Shown here in pieces: positions 21,916 to 33,627 of a DNA stretch of 64,000 nucleotides. Positions within the stretch are counted from its first letter, which is position 1. Each line of letters opens with the position of its first letter. The notes under the pieces are model-generated. The model was not told the DNA's origin. It saw nothing but the letters and a program-made list of their open reading frames with translations, and searched no databases. Made by a program: the position numbers and the translations under genes. The stretch is taken from NCBI RefSeq assembly GCF_011745625.1, contig NW_027191452.1, forward strand, positions 186,001 to 250,000. The letters run 5' to 3'. The DNA comes from Cladosporium halotolerans. Its lineage: Eukaryota.

Positions 21916-24900
21916 TCATTCTGTTTCCGCCTCCTGCACTTCCAACATATTCAAACGTCGGATCTCACTCCACCGTGACCATTTCCCCATCTCCAAGATG
22001 TTCATCCTCCTCATCTTTCCGGACGGATTCCCAACGACCACGGCTTTCCAGTCATCCTGCTGCCCCGTGGCTCCGCCGCCGCTCGTTCTGTTCACAGCAA
22101 TCTTTCGCTGGATATTCAAAATTACGCTGTCAGGGATCACCTGCACGCTTTTCCACCGCCACAGCACGGCCAGCAGCAGAATCGTCAGCACGAGCAGGAT
22201 GCCGGCAGTGATGGCAGTGCTGATTTGGGCGCCGATGGCGCGCGTCATGGTTCCCGAGACGGCTGTCGCGGCGGCCGCGAGGAAGAAGCCAAGACTCTGC
22301 GCGACGAAGAAGCCGGCGCAGACTCTAGGGAACGAAGAGTAGTGCGTGCGGCGCTTCTTCGTTTGATCAGACGGATGCAGTGAGTTGATGCCAGGTTGGA
22401 GATCGGACACATCGAAAGTCTCCATGACGATTCCGATGCACTCTGAGATCGCGAGGTTGGAGAGGAAGCCGACCAGGCCGACGAACATGACTGGTGCGAG
22501 CCAGTGCATTGGTGGTCCTGGCGAGGTGAGGGTGTAGGCAATACCGGCGAGAGGGAGGGTGAGTGTGAAGATGCAGCGGCGCGCCATGTGTGAGGTCCAG
22601 ATGTACCGCCTGTGGTGGAATGTGTTGCTGTCGGTCCGCTGTGGAGTGGATCTCGATCGCGAGAAGAGGTTGGCATGTGTCAGGGGTACAGCGAGCAATG
22701 CTCCAGCTGCTAGACTTAGAGTGGCAAGGCCGACATAGGTGGCGCGAAATTTGTAGTCGCGTGACAGTAATGCACCGAGTAGAGTAATGACAAGGACGAC
22801 CTGTGCGTAGATCCAAGCCAGGTACAACGTCATGAGAAAGAATCCAGGTTGAAAGAGCATGCGCATCGTCAGGACAAGGCCAGCAATCATCTCTTCAAGC
22901 CACCACTTCGGACCCGTCTTTGAAATGTGAAGCTTTACTTCTCCGCGGGCGAGGCGACGCTTTACGTTCTGGCTCGGAGGGTCGAAAAAGTGAATGAGGG
23001 AGCGGCGGTAGGGTGACGGCCGAGTCTCAGGCGCGACGACGTTGACGAAGAGGAAGAAGGCGAGGAGCACAATGACCAGATAGAAGCCCCAGGCAGGGTT
23101 GAGCTTTGATATGATGCAGGCGCCTATGCAGAAACCGACCGAAAGCGATCCAATATAACACCAGCACCAGATTCCCAGCCATAGGCCAACACCACCTCCT
23201 TGTCGGCGAATATCCTCTTTGACGACTACCTCCTGATGTGGTCTTTCCGACATCAAAGAGGCGCCGAAGAGGTCAAACAGGGTTGGTAAGAAGTTGATGT
23301 TGGCGAATCCCATGGCAAAACCAGTGAGAATGCGTGGCAGGAGTAGGCCAATGCGAGCAACTAAAGACCACGGGTCGCGGTACCCGGCCACAGCAAGAGC
23401 CTGGGGGAATTGGAGCGGTAACATGAGAGCGAAAGCGGTGAGAGTGTACATCTTCCGGCCGTGAAGGAGCGGCAGCGGCCAGAACAGGAGAGTAGTGGTG
23501 CCAATGCCAATGTACAAACTGCGAACATCAGCCCACGTCATGTGAATATCAGGCTCATTACATACAAGACATTGCCCAAAATGACCCTGTGATTGACATC
23601 TTCGATCTGATACTGAATTCGGGGGACCTCTCCAGCCTGAAAGTGTCAGTAGCCGCATATCACCTAATGTGTCAGTGCGTATTGACTCACAAAGATGCCG
23701 ACAATCAGACCGATGAATACAGTGTTCAAGCAAGCGATCGTCGCCACAATCCTCTTTCTGATTGTCTGCCATTCTCTTGCAATAGGCTGGCGATGATGTT
23801 GGCGGCCAAGCGAAACATCTTGACCTGGTTGAAGGCTGATGTGACGTTTTCTAGGGTGATGGAGATCGACACTTCCTGGATTTCGTCTCGCTGCGCTTGA
23901 CGTCCCTTGACTCGACGATGTAGGAGTAGGCGCGGTGCTAGGGGTCGATCTCGAGCTAACCCGTGGTGGCACAGGCCGAGCAGCTGGGATGATCGGGGCT
24001 GGTCTGCTTGGTATAATTGTATCCTTGACACGTAAGCCCCTTGGATCATCGACGTTCCTTGACCCTCGTTTCAGACGAGAAGGAAGGCCAAGATGGTGAA
24101 GTTGTGACGGGTCGTCAAATCTGGGTTTGGCCTGTCGACGCATAGGATGCCCATACACAGGGTCTCTTGCAGGCTCCGGTCGGTATATCTGAGGTGGCGT
24201 GGCGAGAACAGACGGAAGTGCTTTGAATTGGCGGGGTCTGTAACCAGTATCGTCAGAATCACTTGGGCCGTATCGGAGCTCATCCGTCGAATAGTGCCGG
24301 CGGCGACGATGGTGCTTGTGCAATTTGGTAGCGCGATTCAAGTGAGCAGTCGCGTTGTTGAAGACGTTGTTGACTTCATCTTGCCGTCCTTCGTGTGCTG
24401 CTCGACCAGCAAGGCGGAGCGCCTCCTCCATCAGCTCGTTCAAGCCCTGTACGGCATGATTGAGCTGCGTGGAAGTCTGCCTGAGTTCGTCGAGATCGAG
24501 TCCGCTGGAACTGGACCTAAGGTCGCGCCTGCGGTGACCATGCCACAGATACGGAGACGAGAGAGCATTCCGAAATCCAAGCTGCGGTTTCCTCTGGCCA
24601 GACGACACCGTCTCGCTCGACATTTTGTCAGAGCTGCTTGATCTGCGGTAGTTGCTATAATCAGAGGCAGAAAGATCTCTCATTCCCTTATGATCAGGCT
24701 CTTGAATCTGGCGGGCATCTTTTGTTGGAACAGCGATCACTTTAGGTACGATATCCGGATGAGTGTGATTTGGAGTCCAATAGCTTGTCAGCGGGATGAT
24801 AGCTGGGGGTATTGTCGGATCCAAGTCCTCTGTGAGATCCGAGCCCACGTTTCTGAGACCTGCTACCACCCCCAAGAGGGCCCCTTTGGCATACTTCGCA

Positions 24901-26012
24901 GGATCTGCCACTCTTCCTGGCTGCCAGTATCCAATCTTGGCGGGGTCGATGGCTCGCTGCACATCTCCAACCACATCCTCGAGCGCACCAACTGGTTTCA
25001 GAACCTCACTCTCAGCTTTCTGAACCACACCACCAGCTTGAGCCCAGAACTTCTCGGGCTCACTTGCCCTCTTCGTCTTGAAGTACCCAATCTTGGTCGA
25101 ATCAACGCTCTTCTCAGCCTCCTCGGCCACATCCTCGAGCTCGTGCCCAGCACTCAAAATCCCGCCTTCAGCCTTCTTCACCACACCCTCAGCCTCCGTC
25201 CAAAACGCCTCCGGCTCCCTCACCCTCCTCGACTGCCAATACCCAATCTTCTCCGGCGCCATCATGGGCACCTCCCCACCTACTTCCTCCTCCACCCTCC
25301 CAACCCCACCAAAAACCTTCTCAACTCCCTCCGGACCCTTGAGCCCCCGACTCCTCTCCGACCGCCAATATCCGAAACCCTTCCGCTCCTCGAGCGAAGC
25401 GGGGACTCCATCCTCCTCAAGCGCAGCAACAGCACGTCCCGCAACCTCCCCGACGACCGCCGACGGCTGCTGTTGTGGCTGTCCTCCCGCTCCGGCGAGC
25501 TCCTGCTCCGCAGCCTGCCCCGCGTCCGCCGCTGCTCGACTCGGCGCCGGTCCTTGCGCTGGCGCCGCGCGATCGAGTCCCGGCGCAGCGGGCTGCGGTC
25601 CGACTGGTAGCGGTCTGTCGAGCGGGAGGGCGAGGGAGCGAGGGGAGCGAAAGTAGGGAATGGTTGCGGGGGGGAAGAGGGGTGCCTGGGAGCCGGGCTC
25701 GGAGTCTTCGGGGAGGTAGGTGGGAAGAGGTACAGCTGGTCCGGGGACTTCGGGAGGCTGAGATTGGGTGAGGGTGGGGGTGTTGTTGGGAGGTTGGGCA
25801 GGGAGGTACTGGTCTGGAGGCGAGGCCAGGGGACTCGTGGAGCGGGCGACGTCACTGGGTTCTGCTGGCTGATTTGGGATGGGGGCGCCATCGTCGTTGT
25901 TGTTGTCCGGGGCGGGTTTGGGGTCGGGTGCTTTGCGCTGCGCACCGGTTTTGGTCTCGGGTGTGATTGCTATGGGGTCTTGGCTGCCGACGGTAGGCGA
26001 GGTCACAACCAT
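21916..26012 (-). CDS. MFS transporter with a very long disordered, repeat-containing N-terminus, 3 exons
   Basis: Exons 26012-23691, 23636-23566 and 23518-21916 give ...IVGIF-AGEVPRIQY...GNVF-LYIG..., then many TM helices (WPLPLLHGRK, APETR). Confidence 0.85.
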
Positions 26013-26592
26013 CGCAGGGACAGATTGAGGTTGGAGTGGATGTTATAAGGTATAAGAACGAGAGACTGGTGACTGTTGATGCATGTAAGGAACGTGGGAT
26101 AATGTGAGAGCAGGTGAAGTGAGGTAAGAGAAAGACAAGGTAAGGGTGAGGTCAGGTAAGGTACAAGTATACTGGAATGTAATGAATAGATCACGAGTGA
26201 TGTTCTAGAAGGGAGTCGCCATCTCAAAGAGTGTGTTATGGACGTACCTGCAATCGTCTAGCCTCTCAATGGCCATAGAAGCGGAAGCCATGAGTACTCC
26301 CTCTGGCAGCAGCACCTGGTCAAAGGCGGGCCGTGGAAGGGGCCAATAGGAAAATTCAAGCTTTTGAATCTATCATCTTCTTGGCTATTTTCAGTGGCAT
26401 TGACCTGGATAAACGTCGTCAGCACGCTTCCAAGGTTTCAATTGCTGCAAATGCTGCTCATCAAGGCAAAGTTTCGAGCAAGGCACTTACCATCACTACA
26501 TAGCGTCCGAACAAGCAAACTATCGTTCCAAGCCATCATAATCATCATCACAAGTCGTGTATTTCACCCTCCAGTCGCTCACTCACACCATC

Positions 26593-27540
26593 TCACCAAG
26601 GAATGCCACCCCCATAATCCTCAAACCTGACCTTCCCCTCACTCACATCCGGATAGACATCAAACCTCCTCTGCCCATAAACGGGAATATTCCTCCTGAC
26701 CTCCTCCAGCCTCTCCGGCACCAGATCCGCATACAGAATCCCCTCCTTCTCGTCCAGCTGCTGCACGACCTCCGCATCCGGATCGACGACCATGCTGTGC
26801 CCCCACGCGTGATAGTCCGCCTGCATGTCCCGCGCCGGGCTGCACAGCGCAACGTAGCACTGGTTGTCGACCGCGCGCGCGCGCGCGAGCAGCTCCCAGT
26901 GCCGCGCGCCGGTCGTCAGGTTGAAGGCGCCGGGGTAGACGAGGGCGAAGGCGCCCTTGCGGGCGGCGATCAGCGCGAGCTCCGGGAAGCGGATGTCGTA
27001 GCAGATGGCGAGGCCGAGCTTGCCGTAGCCGGGGACCTCGAGCAGGGTCACCTTGTCGCCGGGCGAGAGCACCTCGGACTCGTGGAAGGAGATCTTGCCC
27101 GGGATGTCGATGTCGAAGAGGTGGACTTTGCGGTGGCGCGCGAGCAGCTGGCCCTCGGAGCCGAAGGTCAGGCTCGTGTTGTACCACTTGTTCTTCTCCT
27201 TTGAGTATTCCGGGATGCTGCCGCCGACGAGGGTGATCTGCGCTTCCTTGGCGACGGCGCTGAGCACGTGGTAGCTGGGGCTCTGGTCCTCGGGGGGCCC
27301 GCCGCCGGCGCTGGGCGAGCCGCCGATGTCGAGCGGCGTGAGCTCCTCGGCGTACTTCGGGAAGTACTTGGTGCCGTAGGGGCTGTTGAAGCACTCCGGA
27401 AGGACGACGAGTTTGGCGCCGGCGCGGGCGGCTTCTTGGACTTTGGAGCGGGCGGCGGCGAGGTTGGCGGCTTTGTCGGCGCCGGCGGAGAGCTGGATGA
27501 GCGCGAGCTTGAGGGGTTTGGCGAGGAGTTTGGAGGCCAT
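26593..27540 (-). CDS. NIT3: Nitrilase-family omega-amidase (yeast Nit3 / human NIT2 type)
   Basis: Catalytic triad motifs VLPECFNSPYG, RKVHLFDIDIPG and ICYDIRFPE, plus YPGAFNLTTG. Confidence 0.9.
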   Translation of the reverse strand: MASKLLAKPLKLALIQLSAGADKAANLAAARSKVQEAARAGAKLVVLPECFNSPYGTKYFPKYAEELTPLDIGGSPSAGGGPPEDQSPSYHVLSAVAKEAQITLVGGSIPEYSKEKNKWYNTSLTFGSEGQLLARHRKVHLFDIDIPGKISFHESEVLSPGDKVTLLEVPGYGKLGLAICYDIRFPELALIAARKGAFALVYPGAFNLTTGARHWELLARARAVDNQCYVALCSPARDMQADYHAWGHSMVVDPDAEVVQQLDEKEGILYADLVPERLEEVRRNIPVYGQRRFDVYPDVSEGKVRFEDYGGGIPW

Positions 27541-28101
27541 TATGGTGGGTTTGTGAGGCTGCGAAGCTCCTCAGGTGGGTTGGGTGAAGGTTGTGGGAAG
27601 CTTGTCTTCGCAAGCTCGAAACATGAAGACGGGTGGTTGCGACAAGTCAACAGATGACGTGCCGAGGTCGGCGTTTGACAGCCGTCCGGCGAAAGTGTGA
27701 TTCAGCCCTGTGGACAACCTTGAGCTCACGGAGACCAAAGTCACGGAAAGTGGACGCCAAAAGTGGACAAGCAAATGGGATCGAAAGCAGGTAAGACTGA
27801 GTTCTTGCACAACGATAGTTATCTCGTATTATCATTACTGCACAGAGACTGGAAAAAAGAACACGGCGCGCTGGACATCGCCGGAAAAACAAGATCTATG
27901 GTGCAGTGTGCCCGCCCAGCACGGGGCCCAAGAAGATAGATGAAAAAGGAGAGAAGCTTGCGAGGACGAGCGCTTCGACTCGCACGGCGTCAGGCGCCTC
28001 TCTGGCCGCTAAAGATGCTTCACAAACCAAATAAAGATGTTATTTTCCCCAAAAATCCCGTCAAACACCGCGCGCCATCCTGATAACTCCAATGCTGCCG
28101 C

Positions 28102-30376
28102 TCAGTCGACTTTGATGGCAGAGTAGATCCTCCTGACGAATGCGTACGCGGTCAGGAAGCCAATCGTGCCCATTAGGAGTCCGTAAACGGCGCATGCGAG
28201 GCCGGCATACGAGAAGAAAAGAACGGTGTTGGCAAAGCCGGTGATGTGCAGCTGGGTCGCAAAATAGTAAGCCGTGTAGGCGAAGACCCAGAAGGCAGAG
28301 GAAGAGCCGAGGAGGAAAGAGTGCCATTGCCAGTTGTAGTTCTGTGGAAAAAATCAGCAAGATTCGAGCGTTGGGCTGAGTGAATGTCAACATACCTCGG
28401 AACAAAGCTGGATATAGACGCCAATGACAGTGGTCTCCATCACGGCAAGGATTAGAATCGTGGAGACGACGGCAAGGAAGCCAAAGACGTAGTAGTAGCC
28501 ACTCTTGTCCTGCCACAGGCTGCGGAACAGGAATAGAAGCTCGATGAAGATCACGGCAAAAGGAATCAAGCCTGCCACAAGGGCGGCCTGAAGCGGACGT
28601 GCGTACCACGGCTGGTACGGAATCTGGCGAGGGACAGCATTTGCTTTGATCGGGTTGCTGTAAGCACCACTGCGGTTATATCCGTACCAGCTACCGACGT
28701 AGACCAGCGGAAGCTGAACGACGAGCCAAAGAAACACGAGGGCAACCAGGCTGCCAAGTGGGATTGCGGTTGATGAGGCGTTGGCCCAGACGAAAAGGTT
28801 GAGGATGAAGATGGTCGAGAAGAGTAGTCCAGGAACGAGGACCGCAGTGACAACCGCGTTGTGTTTCCAGAGAGTACCGTTGAACGTTTTGTAAATCCGG
28901 GCAGAGAAGTAACCGCTGAAAGCACCAGCGAGGATGAAAAGCGAAATGCCAACACTGACGAAGCCACCCCGGAAGCTTGGATTGAGAACGCCAAAGCAAG
29001 AGAGGGCAACCAAACCGGTCGACATCACAACGAGCTGCATTCCAGAGCCGATCAGGGGAGCGAGCAATTGACCGAGTGCAGGTGCACGGAAAACGTCGCC
29101 GTGGACAAGCTTCCAGCCGGTAGTATCTTCAGGAAGCTCGTCGTCAGAGCTGGCATCATCAGCGCCCTCGCTGTCACCTTGGTCAAGAAGGCCGCCCTTT
29201 TCAAAGCTCTTACGCGGAGACCTGGGAGACCTGAAGCCCTTGTTGCGCTTGCCAATCCGAAGCTTGCCATCTTCCAGACCAGATTCCCTGTAGCCCTTGA
29301 TGTCGCCTCGCACGGTGCGAGCGAGGATGACCGCGACGACAGCAGAAAGTGCAGAGAAGATGACCAGCGAGTTGATGATGGCCAACCAGTGAATCTTAGA
29401 GCTCTCCTCCTGGTTGACGAAGTACAAATCCCATCTGTTGGCCCACTCGATGTGCTCATCCTCGCGGAAGTAGACGCTGTAAGTGTAAGGAATGGTGAGC
29501 GTTGCATCCTCGTTGCCGTCGTCAATTTCCTCCGGGTGGTAAGAGGAATCCAAATCTCTCGGGAGGGTCGCGTTTGCCTTCCGGGCCATCGTGAGCTCCA
29601 TACCGTTGCCCACCTCATGGAGGTTGGGAGGAAGTCCATTACCGTCACGGTTGGAGGCCTCGATCGATTTCGCATAGACCTCGAATCCAACGATGACCTT
29701 TTTCCCTTGTTCACCGTCCTTGCCAGGAGCAGCGTGGTATCTCACAACGAGAGTGACGTGGTTGTTGATATAGAACCTCGGCTTGCCTGTGGTTGGCGAA
29801 ACGTCCTCGTAGCCCATCTTAAACCCAGAAGCGTAGTATTTCCTGCTCTTGTCTACGGTCATGAAGCTGGTGGCGCCTGGAAGGTTGTCCACAATCCACT
29901 CAGCGACGTAGCCGTTCTTGACGACCTCAACTGCCTTCCTGAGCCCTGCGCGATCGACCTTTTGGCTGCAAAGGTAGTGTGCCTCGTCGTCCTTTCCCAT
30001 TTCCAGCTCGTAGTCCGAGACCATAATACGATCGCCGCGGAGCACCTCGCCGAGGTTGAGTGCGACATTAGAGCCAGAGATAAGTCCAGTACCCTCACGT
30101 TGCCTTCCACTGGGCGGACAGACGAAGGGAAGTTCAGAGAAGGCGTATTGTATTTGCGTGTTGTCGCTGTAGATTTTGTTGACAAAGAGTGGTATGGAGT
30201 CGCCGTCTCTCCACGATTTGATGGACCAGCCTGTGTCCTAGTTAGTGACTGCTGTGAATATGACCACGCGTTCTCGTAGTCGTCGCCATACCAGGGATGT
30301 AGAAAGCCTGCGCGCACTGCAGGCAGAGCAGCAACGCCGCCCAGCAAGCGGCTCCTATCCTAAAGTCGGTGGCCAT
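28102..30376 (-). CDS. Transmembrane 9 superfamily (nonaspanin, EMP70/TMN-like) protein, 3 exons
   Basis: Exons 30376-30292, 30230-28396 and 28341-28102. Signal peptide ending AFYIPG, NLGEVLRGDRI, IHWLAIINS, GWKLVHGDVFR and a C-terminal KVD (KxD/E) motif. Confidence 0.93.
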
Positions 30377-31810
30377 GGATGCGATTCGCGAGTTCGCAGT
30401 AGCGAAGGCGGTGGTGGTGAAGAAGAAAGAATGGCGCGGCGAGTGCTCTCGAGAGGCACGGCGAGGAGCTTCAGCTGCGGATCGACAGGATCGCTGAGTC
30501 CAGGCCATACGGTGCGACGCAACGCAATAGAGCCAGACAGAGGCGTAATCAAGCTAAAGACGAGCCGTCACAGCAGCGGCTGACTGCTGTGCAAGGGTAG
30601 CGACGGAATGCAGAAATGGTGAGGAGTCGGCGCAAGCGCAAGCAGCGAGCTTACGGTGCAGGAAAGCAGCTTCCCCTGCACTGGGGATATTGCGAGGGCT
30701 GGCGCGCGCGGGATAGCGAGTGTGGGTGGTAAGGGCGAAGGCGGCGGCGGCAAAGAAAGAAAGGTAGGGCACGGTATGCGGCAGGGTTGAAGGAGTGAAG
30801 GGTGGTGGTGGTGGTAGTAAGCAGAAAGGGAGAATTAGCCGTTGATGGCAAATGTCAGACGCAGCATTGGGAGGATGGGAGTGCCTGGACTCGGATGGCA
30901 GTTGGCGCTAGCGACCAAAGAAGCTCTCGCGTGGCCGGCGCTTGCGCGTCGTGGGCCAAATGCAAGCGGGGGGCCGCCCGGCCGCGGCGGGTTGAGGGGG
31001 CTTGTCCCAGCGCCACCGAACGTCTGCCAGAGCCGCTTATCTCTGATCATCTCCGATCATCTTTGATTAGCGAATCACCCGATATTTGATTAACACCACG
31101 GTCAATAGAATGGTTAGATATCGACGAGAGGCAAACAACCACCCATATATCTCGCCTCTCTCCAAGCCTTCTCACCATGTGGAGCTGCCCTGCGATCTCG
31201 GGACAATCATTGCGCCGATCATGTCCATCACCCTCCATCGCCACTCGCCCTCCACCACGCCACGCGAACCTTCGAGGGTCTGCGGACACGGACTTGGGTC
31301 CCTGTCCGGGCAGCGGCACAACCCGTCTCTCACCATTTTCCGCCTGTCAACTCATCTAAAAGTTTGCAGGTGTTGCAAGACCACCACGCGTTGAAGTACA
31401 GGCAACGTATGAGGCTATCTGGCCAACAATCTGGTTTTCTTAGTCCAGAAGAAGGATCCTTATTCTTCTGGAGAGAAGACATATGCAGAGGTGATCACTT
31501 CATCACAAACTCACGGGCCTCAATTTCTCGGATGAGCGATGGGCCCCTCACCTCACGCGTCGCGCACATCCATCCACCTGAAACACCAACCTCCCGACCA
31601 TATAACACGCCACAGCGGTCTTCCCAGTCAATGTACGCGTCGTTGAGCCGACAGGCGACCTGGACATGTGATTTTCCGGCGACCGTTCGAAGTGCCGTAT
31701 CATGCCTCAAACCAAATGATTACTTGATCCCGATGCGTGCATTTGCTCTGCAATCGACCCAATATCGCTGCACGCCTTGCGCAGTGTAGCCGCAAGACAC
31801 GCAATCCTCA

Positions 31811-33082
31811 TCACAGTTCCCGCGTCTGATCTGCAGGCGCAACCTCCTCCACATTCTCGGGCATCGCACCCATACCCACCGTACATATGCCGTCGGTCGC
31901 CAAAGTCACCCTGCCAGTCTCAGCAGCTGCTCGACTCACGGCAAAGCGATCAAGCCTATGCAGGGTGGTATTGTTGAGCTTGGCCTCCGCCTGCATCGCC
32001 TTCTCGAGACAAGCAGGATCGTCTGGCGACCATCCCGTGCCTGTCAATACGACCCGCAACGGACTATCTGCCGTCTCGATGCTGTGCAGCAGGGCCATCA
32101 CCTTGCCCACAACCTGGTCCCAGTACGACGCACGCTCGATACCATTCCTAGCCTGCACTCCCAGACTCGTGAATGTGTTCCACGGCGTCCACTCGCACCT
32201 TGGTCCATCAGCCCATAGTGAGAGAGCCTCCTCAGTGAGATCAATGTTGATGCTAGTCCATGTCATGGGCAGCCACTCCCCGATTGCCGTTCTGTTCAAA
32301 TGCCCGTATCTGACAGCGTAGAACCCCGCCGGAATGACCCCGATCAGCGCGTGATTTTCCATGATCGACAGTGGATCGTCTTTCGCTGATTGTCGGAAGC
32401 CCGCCCTGTGCACGGCGCCGGAGAATCTCGACAGGATGGTAAGGAACCAAGCCGAGTCGCCTGTCAGCCAGTCCCAGCTGGCCATGTCGTCGACTTCAGG
32501 CTCAGGTGCGATTGTCGTCCAGAGTAAGCTGGGCGCCGCCAGCGTGACGCAAGGCCAGGCTGGGAGTGTGTGGTTATACCGTGCCTTCAACACGCTTTCT
32601 TACGACTCCCTCAGAGCGATGATCTCTTCGGCGAGGGTTTCGACCATTTCATCGCCAGGAAAATTTTCAAATTGAAGGATTCCGTCGAGAGACGCTTCAG
32701 CCGTGTCCCAAACCCAAGAACGTATCCAGCCAGTCCACGACTCGTCTCGACGTGGAATTGTACTCTTCAAATTTCTCCGGCGATCGGGTCGTCCCCACTC
32801 CACAGCGTATGGATCTATCGGAGATGTCTCCTTTGAATGCGCTGCTTCGCTCAAGTCAAGGCAGCTCGTCATCAAAGAGCGATATTTGGGCCCGCATTGT
32901 CTTTCGACGAGTCCCTCGGACGAAGAGTACGGCAGCGATATGGACGAAATGACGCGGTCGAGAGTGAATTCGATGCCAATTGTGGCCTGGTCTACGATGT
33001 TGATCGAGACATGCGTGCTTGCGGGCGAATTGGCCAAACCAGAGCACACGAGATGACAAAGTACTAGCAAAAGGATGTACAT
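31811..33082 (-). pseudogene. Secreted degenerate Hsp70/actin-ATPase-fold-like gene interrupted by one in-frame TAA (32600-32602)
   Basis: ORFs 33082-32600 and 32593-31811 are in the same frame and read ...ALRES*ESVLKARY... The joined protein has a signal peptide, Hsp70-like block order and a C-terminal TREL. Confidence 0.55.
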
Positions 33083-33627
33083 TACGACTTTACGAGGAAT
33101 CTGTGAGCGCCGGGTTGATTTGAGAATAGGGTGCTATGAACCATGTACTTACACTTGATTAACGGGGCACTATTGTGCTCTGCGGCTGTTGACGCGTCTT
33201 CATTGGTGCGCTAGGCACAAGCAGGCTCTCCGAATCAAGCGTTAAGGCGCCTCTCTGCGACACATGAGCTACTAGCCTCCCAAAGATTCATAAATCGATT
33301 TCGGCCGGAGAAAGACGAGGAAATACGATACAGCACATGTTTGAATGATAAGTGTGGGGTTACCTGCCACTACTCATGCGTCGCCTAGCGACTGGACAAG
33401 GACGCTTCAGATGCCAACTGCATGGCAAAGGACTTCAGGCTTTTGACGCGACAGCGCTTCCATAAAAATCTCATCTCTGGCAGCCAACAAGACGTCCGTC
33501 GTCATGGAGCTCATTACAGACGAGACTTTGGGCTACTCGAACACGCGGCTGGTTGAAGAACACGCAAACGGGAAGGTCGACGTTATTATTGATGTTACAA
33601 TTCTTGTCTCTCGTTATCTTACAAATG

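Noticed and set aside
28861..30279. 472-aa plus-strand ORF antisense to the TM9SF gene
   Set aside because: Shadow ORF produced by the codon bias of the real minus-strand gene; no recognisable protein features.
31495..31800. Short Cys/Trp-containing minus-strand frame downstream of the Hsp70-like gene
   Set aside because: No ATG or signal peptide, and interrupted by a stop; cannot be supported as a gene.
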